Shown here in pieces: positions 54,316 to 64,000 of a stretch of DNA of 64,000 bases. The position numbers and the translations under genes are program-made. Position 1 is the first letter of the stretch. Each line of letters opens with the position of its first letter. The DNA is from Octopus vulgaris. Lineage: Eukaryota. The DNA lies in NCBI GenBank assembly GCA_951406725.2, contig OX597839.1:31744001-31808000 (forward strand), given 5' to 3'. The notes beneath the pieces were generated by a model. That model had not been told where the DNA came from, did no database searches, and was given only the letters and a program-made list of their open reading frames with translations.

Positions 54316-54685
54316 GCATGATACTAAGATGGTGCAAGAAAAGATGACACAGGGAAGATGGTGAAAATGAAATCAATGTTGACAAATATGGCAATGATGA
54401 GGAAGTGAATGGACATTGTAATGAAGGTGATGTCAATGATGAAAACACCAGTCATGGCAACAAAAGCAATAAAATTGCTGCTGTTTAAGATAATTACAAT
54501 AATGTTGATGATGAAAACAAAGATTACGATGGAGAAACTAATTACGAAGACATTGAACATGACACTGGCAGAGGTCAACATTCTGAAGTCAAAGATAAAA
54601 AGTAGATGATGATGATGATGATGTCATGGCTATGAAGATGGAAATGGTTTGGAAAATGAAAACAATAATCATCATCATCATCACA
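54315..54685 (+). repeat. Decayed (GAT)n-derived low-complexity triplet tract
   Basis: Persistent 3-nt periodicity (GAT/AAT/GAA) with in-frame stops. Confidence 0.7.
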
Positions 54686-54689
54686 CCTT

Positions 54690-54894
54690 TATCTCTTACT
54701 GGTTTCAGTTATTAGACTGTGGCCATGCTGGGGCACTGCCTTCAAGAACTTTTAGTCAAATGAATCAATCCTGGTACTTTTCTTTAAGTCTGATACTTAC
54801 TCTGTCTTTTGTTAAGCCAGTAAGTTACAGGGATGTAAACCCACCAACACCAATTGTCAAGTGGTGGTTGTGTCAAACACAAACACAAAGACAT

Positions 54895-54927
<33 letters not shown>

Positions 54928-55331
54928 CAACAAGCTTGTTTCAGTTTCCGTTTACCAAAACAATTCACAAAGCATTGGTCAACCTGAGGCTACAGAAGAC
55001 ATTTGCCTAATATGCCACGTAGTGAGACTGAACCTGGAACCATGTGGTGAGGAAGCAAGCTTCTTACCACCAGCTACGCCTGCACTTATCAGCATAGTTT
55101 TTTCTGTCAGCCTTTCCCATGGTGGTATGGGGTGGAAAGGACTTCTTGCGGTAAGATGTCCTTGCTGACACTAAACTTTATTTATTCCATGTTTGCATAT
55201 ACCAACCTGCCAAATGGGGGCAATTTCTTTGCAGGGGACATAAATACGCACACACACTAATATATATAAACTTTATATATATATATATATATATATTTAT
55301 ACATATATATAAGTATGTATTTATACATACG

Positions 55332-55362
<31 letters not shown>

Positions 55363-55628
55363 ATTTATACATATACATACATTTATATTTATATATATGC
55401 ATGAATATATATATATCTATACATATGTATAAATATCAAATATGATATAAATATATACATATGAGAAGCTTCCATACAATTTCTGTCTACTGAATTTAAC
55501 TCACAAGAGACTAGTCAAACAAAGTCCAGACTAAAGCAGAAGACACTTGACTAAAGTGCAATGCAGTGGGATTGAAACCCAAAATCTGTGGACGAGAACC
55601 AAACTTCTAAACCACACAGCCATGCCTT
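54690..55628 (-). mobile_element. Family B SINE (~54690-55085) and a second 5' piece (~55465-55628), separated by TA-rich low complexity
   Basis: ggccatgctggggcac..gaagacatttgcc..gcaagcttcttaccac. Confidence 0.75.
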
Positions 55629-56111
55629 GTTGCAGACAATGATGAAGATGAAAATATTTAATGTCCATCAGCAGCTACAAATTCTTTGAACTCCATTTAG
55701 ATTAGACAGCATTTCTAGTGAAAAGTAGAATCAGAAGAAGAAGCAGGTGGACAGTGAAAGAAGTTGAATCTTACGGTTCTGTTAGTTGCAATCAAAGTCA
55801 AGTTTTGTACCGAGAACGGAACGAAAATAACGACCAGAAATAAATAACAATAGAAAGAAATAGCTGATACTTTAATCTTGTTTGTAGACTTGTCTTTTTT
55901 TTTTTTTGTTTTCCTTTTCCTTGTTAAAAGAACTATGAAGTCAAAATTGAGGTTGGAAGAGGTTTTATGTCTGTGGAATTAAACAGGATAATCTCCATTA
56001 CCCAAGAGAGCTGACATAAAAAATGTGAATACAGGAATATTAATAGAGGAAGAATAAACAATGTGCTTTTAAATTCTCAAAATATTAAGCTAGCATGTAG
56101 TGCATGTAAGA

Positions 56112-56170
<59 letters not shown>

Positions 56171-56599
56171 TACAGGGGTTTGCACAAGCATACGTACACA
56201 GATAAAAATCAAGATATCATACATTAAATTGTACTACTTCTGAAGTAAGATATACAGAACAAGACTGTTTTAGAGGAGGAGACACTGAACTGTCACATAT
56301 GATGATGCAATGACAGTAACGAACATCTAAGATTAATATTAAGTAAAAGGTCAGTCAAAAACCACTTTAAAATTTTATAAGACTTTGACAAACAAAGGAG
56401 AAAAGAATCTGATCAGTTTCATGAGAGAGAAATAATTTAGATTACCTGAAAGACATGAAGGATATTATTAATAAACCAGTAATTAAAAAATTAATGATGC
56501 CTAATCTATGATTACATTGGATTAAAAATTATAACAATGAAAACCAAAATCTAATTCTAGAGATTTTTACTCTTTGGTTAAAAACTTTTCTTATTTTTC

Positions 56600-57020
56600 T
56601 CTCTCATTTGTTTTAGACATTTGATGGTGGTCATACTGGAGCACTGCATTGAAGGGCTTAGTTGAACAAATCCACCAACAGTACTTGATTTAAATCTGGC
56701 ATTTATCCATCCATTCTCTACATGATGAACCACTAAGTTACAAGGATGTAAACACACCAACACCAATTTTCAAGTAGAGGTGTCGGGGAACAATTGGTCA
56801 AACAAACACACACACACACACACAGAGCTTCAGATAAATTAAAAGCAGATGAAGGGTCTTCTGGGAGACATATTCAGCACTGGATACTTTGTTTAACTTC
56901 CAAGACAACCATCATCATCATCATCGTTTAACATCCGCCTTCTATGCTAGCATTGGTGGGATGGTTTCACATGAGCCAGCTAGGCCGAAGCCTGCATGAA
57001 GCCTGCACCAGACTTCTGTT
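56600..57020 (-). mobile_element. Degenerate family B (~56600-56820) and family A (~56910-57020) fragments
   Basis: Family tail motifs. Confidence 0.6.
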
Positions 57021-57049
57021 GTTGTAAAAGATTTTGTGACAGAAATCAG

Positions 57050-57400
57050 GGACTTTGGTACTTTCATAGTATACTATCTACAGATATTTTAGTATCTTTA
57101 ATTTTGGATTCTTTAGAGATAAAATGGTCAACATTCTACATCTGGAAGATCCTTTATGTCCTTCTGCTAAAATTATATATTCTTAGAAGAGAATTCCAGT
57201 AACAACTTGAGTACCATATGTTAGAAATTAACCAGAACTTTGTAGCTGTTTCTAAAGGAACTGAAGGCAGATTAGGTGTCCTTTGTTCTGCAATGTTGGT
57301 GCATACAGCTATTAAATCCAAGTTATAAATATTTATACCTGGACCACAGAGTACAACTGGTAGATCATTGGCATTTATGCTTTCAAACTGTCATGTTTTT
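57050..57400 (-). mobile_element. Highly decayed Gypsy/LTR-type RT-like remnant
   Basis: Frame-hopping translation ..HQ..KDT*SAFSS..YKVL..YGTQVVTGI..IKDLPDVEC..D.FIS resembles HQ..KTAF..Y..LPFG..PGIFQ..LKDLPGV.C..DDIL. Confidence 0.35.
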
Positions 57401-58622
57401 TGGGGGGTTTTTTTGGTTACTTTTTGAGATTCCAAATTAGTCTTCCATCTCCAACAATGATCTGAACTTCTAAATTTATTACATCAAATTTTTATGTTTC
57501 TAAATTCATTTTTGGACAGTTGTGACAATCAGTAAGAACACTTTATGTTGAAGAGGCTGGTTGTAAATACGTTGATGAATTTCCAATATTAAATTGTTAA
57601 ATTAATATATTTCCATGCAACAAGGTTTCTTTATTTTTTTTATATATATATTTTCTATCATTTTATTAATTATTGTTATCTGCATAACTACTCCAATTTT
57701 GCCTTCAAGTATTTTAAAAATATTGCTTGCGAATCAAGCATTTTAAACAATGTTAAGTGAAATGGGTACAGCAATAGTTTTTGTAAGATAAAATTGGATA
57801 ATATATATCATAGCTATTTACTGTGTTACCAGTACCCAACACTTCGTGAATTAAAAGTAAAACAATGTCCTCCAGGATTTGAACCCAGAAACATAACACA
57901 CTGGGTACAATTGCATAGAAATTCCGATAGAAATTATCACTGTATGTTTCATTTAAACCCATCCTTAAAAATCATTCCTTTCATCTGTATCCCCTCAGTC
58001 TTCACTAGCTCATTCCTTCACACACACACACACACACATCCACCTTCAAAAATTAAAACAAGGAAATAAGCTTGATGAAGCGGAGATATTAAAATAGTAG
58101 TTTAAAACAAGATGAAACTGAGCAAGAACGAGAGAGGTGGGTGAGTGGATTATATAGAAGGTGAGGAAGACATTAAGAGAAAGATAAAGATATTAATATT
58201 TTCTAAATATTTGTAATGTTCACAGGCAATATTAATCATCAACAGATGCTGTTCATCTCAATACTAAAAACTGTATAGTATGAAGAATTGGTTGCTTAAA
58301 GGCAATAAGAAAGTAGATTGTACTTCAGAGAATGTATTCTCTCATACAATAATAACTCTACTGTTTAGTCTTCCGATATAAACATCACAATTGTTTGTAG
58401 AACAACTATTCAGATTTTCTTGTGCTAATTTTCCAATCAACTAATTCTTTGCTCCTTAACTGATTGCTTAAAGCAAGCTATGTTTGTAATTCCACAATGT
58501 ATTGCTCACATCAAATTGACACAACAGTTTGTATAATGCTGAAGTTTACTGGTAGAAATGATTGACTTATTTCATTGCTTTCACCGATAAATAATGTGAG
58601 GAAACAAGACACGTTTGATAAC

Positions 58623-58695
<73 letters not shown>

Positions 58696-59404
58696 CTACA
58701 TACACCACACACAGATGTAATTCCTTGACCAATAAAAGGAGAATGGTAGATACAGTAGCACACACACACACACACACACACACACATTTGGAATAAACAT
58801 GTAATAATGTTTCATAGTAATATTTATTATCAATGACTAATGTAAAACCTAAGATAAAGTGGAGAAGATTGATGTGTACAGGGAAAAAAAGCAAATATCT
58901 AACATCTAAAGTAATACTCTTATTTGAGGAATGAGTGATTCGTTCTCCCCTTGTTCTTCATCTAGATGAACCTACATGAAACAGATTTTCATTCACACGA
59001 CACATCAAAGGTTGCATTTTTATGAATATTTTTCTATGAACCAGCAATGCAGTCAAACTCAGGTGACCATATTAGAATGGTTGACATTCCAGCTAAACTT
59101 CCAAGCAAAATCTTATACGACAGAAGATTAACAGGATTCATAAAAAAAATATATCAAAAATCCTCTCCCACTGCTGTAGCTCCATCTAACTATAATTATT
59201 ATCTAACATTTATTTTAATGGTTTTTTTGTTTGTTTTTGGTTAATTAGACAGCTCGTGGTGGATCTGTTTCAATGACTGGAACTCTGCTTCTGGTCAATT
59301 TCCTGGCAAATATCCATTCAGTTAGTCTCCTTTCCAAACTACCCAGCATAACACAGAATTAGTCTCAAGACAAGATTTCTCTATTTTCAATTACGTTTTA
59401 CATT

Positions 59405-59577
59405 TTACTTTCTTTCAGTTATTGGGCTGTGGCCATGCTGGTGCACCACCATGAAGGGCTTACTTGAACAAATTGACCCTAGGACTTATTTTCAGGTCTG
59501 GTAATTACTCCATCTGTCTTTTTGGCTGAACTGCAAAAAACTAACACCAGTTGTCAGGTGGTGAGGAAGAACAGACA

Positions 59578-59617
<40 letters not shown>

Positions 59618-59780
59618 CAACAGGATACCAAACAGTTCAAATTCACAACAGGATTCCACACATAGAATCAAATTTGCTCTCAAGACATTGGTCGGTGCAG
59701 GGCTATAGTAGCCAACACTTGTCCAAGGTGCCATGCAGTAGGGCTGTACCAAAACCACATGGTGGCAAAGCAACCTTACT
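59405..59780 (-). mobile_element. SINE family B, diverged
   Basis: Family motifs. Confidence 0.75.
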
Positions 59781-59828
59781 ACCTAGACTTCACCATCAAT
59801 TAAATGATAATAACATCTCACTATATAT

Positions 59829-60014
59829 CAGTGTTCCACAAACAGTATGCCATGGCACACTGGTGTGCCACGAGACGATGCTAGGTGTGCCACAGTGTAA
59901 CCTGAATATAATTTGTTTCCCTATACTTTTAGTTGTATTTTTAGTTCAGGTGTGCCACTGAATTTTGGAAAGAATATCAGTGTACCACAAGTGGATAAAG
60001 ATTGCAGAGCACTG
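59829..60014. mobile_element. hAT (Charlie-like) MITE with 8-bp TSD
   Basis: Ends CAGTGTTC..GAGCACTG; TSD ctatatat (59821-59828) vs ctagatat (60015-60022); internal gtgtgcca repeats. Confidence 0.8.
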
Positions 60015-60367
60015 CTAGATATCAATAACTTCTTAATGTGAAGTGAATTCCCTTTTTTTATATACATATAAATTCAGTTCCATTGATATAGCAATATTCA
60101 AACATAATTTTTTTTATTTAGATATTATTGCAATGTTTTACATTTTAATAAAATTTAATTGATATTTCATGTAACAACCTGAGTTTGTGGCTGGGTAGGG
60201 TAACTATCAGTGATGCCAGTGAACAACAATAACTACTAGCAGCGTTGGTGAAGAACCCTAAATTCAAAATTTTAATTTGTCATTATTAAGAATTAATAGT
60301 TATGGTAATGAACAAGAATTAACAAACAAAAAACAAAACAAAAAAAACTCAACTTATTAATTATAAA

Positions 60368-60540
60368 CATCATCATCATCGTTTAGCGTCCGCTTTCCAT
60401 GCTAGCATGGGTTGGACGGTTCAACTGGGGTCTGGGAAGCCAGAAGGCTGCACCAGGCCCAGTCTGATCTGGCAATGTTTCTACGGCTGGATGCCCTTCC
60501 TAACGCCAACCACTCCGTGAGTGTAGTGGGTGCTTTTTAC
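60368..60540 (-). mobile_element. SINE family A 3' part, young
   Basis: Reverse complement of 6560-6740; acatcatc at both junctions. Confidence 0.9.
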
Positions 60541-60834
60541 ATCATCTAAATAATAACTGTGGGTGTCTGAGTTGATAACATGAAAGAAAGAGAGATTAAA
60601 TACTAGATTACCCTAATGTTTATATTATGTGTTTCCTTTTTTTATCGTAATCTTGTCTAAATTTATTTGGCCTTACATCTTTATGAGCTCAGAGAACAAA
60701 GTACAAGTAATATAGCAGTGTTGTGTGTTGAAAATGTCCATGTACAATAGCAATACACATTTGGCTACAAGTCAACGGAAGGAGAACTACACATTGTCTG
60801 GAGCAAATTTCTAAATATATACACACACGAACAT

Positions 60835-60867
<33 letters not shown>

Positions 60868-61359
60868 CTGAATGCCTGAAGGGGAAGAAAGGGAGATGCC
60901 AGTGTAACAATAGGTAGGACTGTGCTTTGTCTCTTATCTTTCACCAGATTCAATGTATGTTCACCTAAATAGAATAAAGATTTTTAGGTTTGGCTATATT
61001 TTAAATCCATTTGACACACACACACACCTTCACGAACTAATGTGTATCTAATTATATCACTATGGTAGGAAGAAAAACCAAACTAAATCAAGAAGACTGA
61101 TCGATAAACGAGAAGATAAGAAAAGGAGAAGATTTTGTATTTTTAATGGCATATGTCATGTGTTAATGGACACAGGTTATGTCCATGTTTTAAAGTAGCC
61201 ACTCAGGAGAGATCCTAGCGAGAGGAACAGAAACAATGGCTTAATCCCTCTTGACAGCTAATCTGTTCTTGTTTAACTCTTTCAAGGCAGGATTTATCTA
61301 ATGATTTTTGTTTTCTATCGTCGAGATTGGAAATGCATTGTTTGGTTTTTCCACCTCAC

Positions 61360-61371
61360 CCACGACTACGG
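61360..61371 (-). other. Candidate 12-nt micro-exon
   Basis: cttttgttttgtttctttcttttcatcTGCaagcttattacttccag|CCGTAGTCGTGG|gtgagg. Confidence 0.35.
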
Positions 61372-61759
61372 CTGGAAGTAATAAGCTTGCAGATGAAAAG
61401 AAAGAAACAAAACAAAAGCAACGATATCACATCAGAGATCATTTATAATTATATACGAGATGACATGATCATATTAATTCGATATTATACACAGTTTGGT
61501 TTGTATAAATGTAACCCCTGTGAGACCACAGTGTCAGAAAGGTGTACATATAGTAATAATGCATAACAGAGCTACACCCTATTATATAATGTATATAATG
61601 ATGGTTACAGCAACAGAAATGATAAATACGCATGCATTTGTTTAACATCTATTTCTCTTTGTTATCATGAGTTAGGAGAGTTTCTCTTTTTGTTGCCAAC
61701 CTTTAGAAGGGTTTTTTTAAGTTTTATATAAATATATCTTTTTATCTATTACTTTTTTT

Positions 61760-62047
61760 ATTTGTTCCAGTCATTAGACTGCAGTCATGCTGGGGCCTTG
61801 AAGAATTTTAGTTTAATGAATTGACCCTGTAGATCATTTTTTTTTAAAGTCTGCTACTTATTCTATCATTCTCTGTTGCTGAACTGCTAAGTTACAGAGA
61901 CATAAACACACACACATACAGCTTCTGTCTACCAAATCCACACACAAGGCTGAAGTTATAGTGGAAGACACCTATCCAAGTTGATTCACAGTGGGACTGA
62001 ACCCAGAACAATGTGGTTGGGAAGCAAACTTTTTACTACACAGCCAT
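61760..62047 (-). mobile_element. SINE family B, diverged and internally deleted
   Basis: Family motifs. Confidence 0.75.
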
Positions 62048-62099
62048 ATATATATATGTATGCATGTATGTATGTATGTATGTATGTATATATATATAT

Positions 62100-62277
62100 G
62101 CCCTTCCTAACGCCAACCAATCTGAGAGCGTAAAAACACCCATTACACTCTCAGAGTTGTTGGCATTAGGAAGGGCATCCAGCTAGAGAAAACCATGCCA
62201 AATCAGCATGCCAGCCCAGTCAAACTATCCAACCCATGCCAGCATGTACAACGGATGTTAAATGGTGATGATGATGT
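62100..62277 (+). mobile_element. SINE family A copy with an inverted 5' duplication
   Basis: 62100-62133 is the approximate reverse complement of 62143-62176. Confidence 0.8.
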
Positions 62278-62294
62278 ATATATATATATATATA

Positions 62295-62609
62295 ATATTA
62301 AATTAGAGACAAAACCACTATTAGGCAAATCAAACAATGAAAGACTTTAGCCAATACATATGATTAATTTATATTATTTAAATATGTAACAAAATTATTA
62401 AAAAATATAATTAATTATATTTTTTAATAATTTTGTTACATATTTAAATAATATAAATTAATCATATGTATTGGCTTAACTCTTTCATTGTTTGATTTGC
62501 CTAATAGTGGTTTTGTCTCTAATTTAATATAATATAATATTTTACTATAAAATTGGATTCAATCCTAAATCTGATTTTTCCCTGTAAGTTTGGATTTATT
62601 CCCTAATAT

Positions 62610-62620
<11 letters not shown>
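62295..62620. mobile_element. Head-to-head (palindromic) copy of the putative Penelope-like terminal repeat in (TA)n
   Basis: Palindrome 62295-62530 centred at 62412/62413, followed by a ~90-bp extension of the right arm. Confidence 0.65.
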
Positions 62621-62657
<37 letters not shown>

Positions 62658-62776
62658 TATGTACATACATATATATATATAATGCAAATAAGATGATATT
62701 TTTTCAAATGCAGAATTGCTGATAGAACAGCAGAAATACTGGGTTAATTACCCTTACAAAGAAGAAAACTGTCAAC

Positions 62777-62849
62777 AACCATCCACGGGACTTGAACCCA
62801 TGTCCCTGAAAGACTCTGGCTGAGTGCTTTATCATTAAGCTAAACTGCC
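62777..62849 (-). pseudogene. tRNA-derived fragment / SINE head
   Basis: ggcagtttagcttaatgataaagc..gggttcaagtccc (A and B boxes); poor acceptor and anticodon stems. Confidence 0.55.
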
Positions 62850-63030
62850 TGTTATGTGGCAAAGTAGCTTGCTTTGTAATCCTGTGGTTTCAGGTTTAGT
62901 TTCCCCGTAGGACATCCCTGGGCAAGTGTCTTTCACTATAGCCCAATGCTGACCAATGCCTTGTAAGAAAAAATATTAGAGAAAACAGTAAGGAAGCCCA
63001 ACATTTGTGTGTGTGTGTGTGTGTAAGTGA
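62850..63030 (+). mobile_element. SINE family B 5' half, diverged
   Basis: agtagcttgctt..gggcaagtgtctttcactatagccc..gaccaatgccttgt. Confidence 0.7.
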
Positions 63031-64000
63031 AACAGATATGATGTGTATGTTCCTTAACATTACAACTGGTTGCTTTGTGCATTCAAGGACCTGCAGGATA
63101 AAAACATTTCCCAAAACCCAGGCAAGGCATCTAGAAGGGCATTTGGCCATATAATGGTGTTTCCGAATAAGTCCCCATTCAACCCAGCTGGGAAAAACAG
63201 ACATTAAACTAATGAATACATGCATCTATGAGGACAGGGCAATAAATGTTATTAATAAAACATATTTCTAGTGCTTGGTACATATTTCTCTGAAAAAGAA
63301 AAAGAATGTACAGTTGGTTAATATGTACAGCAATGTAAATAACAGTTCATAACTGCAGGAACACATCAACCACTGTCTTTGGGGACTTGGAAATATGAAA
63401 TTATAGGTATGGAAAGCTTCAAACACACACACACATACACACACAGAGACAGAGTCTGTCTGTCTGTCAATCTATGGTTGAATGGGTATCATAAATAACT
63501 CATTTTACTTCTTTACATACAAACACCAACCAATCTGATTTTAATATTTATGATCAGCCTGCATGACAAATTATCACTAAAAAACAATAAATAACTGTTT
63601 AATATTATATAGGTTTATCAAGAGAAACTATCAGAGTTATTTCATTACAAATAACACTAAGAAAAATAAGATACTTTCACCTTTTATAACTAAATGTATA
63701 TTTTGATTAAAGATTTTCGTGATAGTCAGTGAACACCAAGCTACAATTTTTCAATAAGCTAGCTCCTATTTTACAAGTTCATAGCAACATTTTTTGACAG
63801 CAATCCATCTCTCGTTACAGCATGATTCATGGAACAAGCATGTAAGAGTAACCCTGTTTCCTAGAAAGGCAATCCAATATCACCTCTTCCCACCAGCCCA
63901 ACTCATCAGGGTTCAAATCAATATTTTCCAAAAGCAAAGTTCATTTAACAGGAAAAGAAGCAGGAGAAGATATATCAATACCTGTAGTTAAGCAAACAAG

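Noticed and set aside
1545-63991. Most ORF-track entries (poly-CV, TH, YI, I, D, G peptides and recurring SINE peptides)
   Set aside because: They are translations of microsatellites and SINE consensus sequence, with no domain or exon structure

Overview
AT-rich eukaryotic DNA packed with (TG)n, (TA)n, (GAT)n and (ATT)n microsatellites and with tRNA-derived SINEs. The repeat repertoire looks like that of a coleoid cephalopod, probably Octopus; this is an inference from recognised repeat motifs, not from a search. No intact host protein-coding gene can be supported: nearly all ORF-track entries are read-throughs of microsatellites or SINEs. The only clearly protein-like sequences are retroelement remnants: three different R4/Dong-clade restriction-like-endonuclease LINE 3' ends, each inside an (ATT/TAA)n tract; two CR1 3' ends; RTE fragments; and a very decayed Gypsy-like RT. 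Other repeats are several modular SINE families, piggyBac-type TTAA MITEs, a hAT MITE and a putative Penelope-like terminal repeat. The most interesting non-repeat signal is a set of minus-strand splice motifs: a textbook AG|GT recursive-splice (ratchet) site at 22592/22593, a weaker one at 56445/56446, and frame-preserving micro-exon candidates of 12, 15 and 42 nt. Together they suggest the window lies inside very long introns of a minus-strand gene. Also notable are two degenerate hammerhead-ribozyme-like motifs, a 236-bp loopless palindrome and a GU-biased long hairpin. Boundaries of old repeats are approximate.
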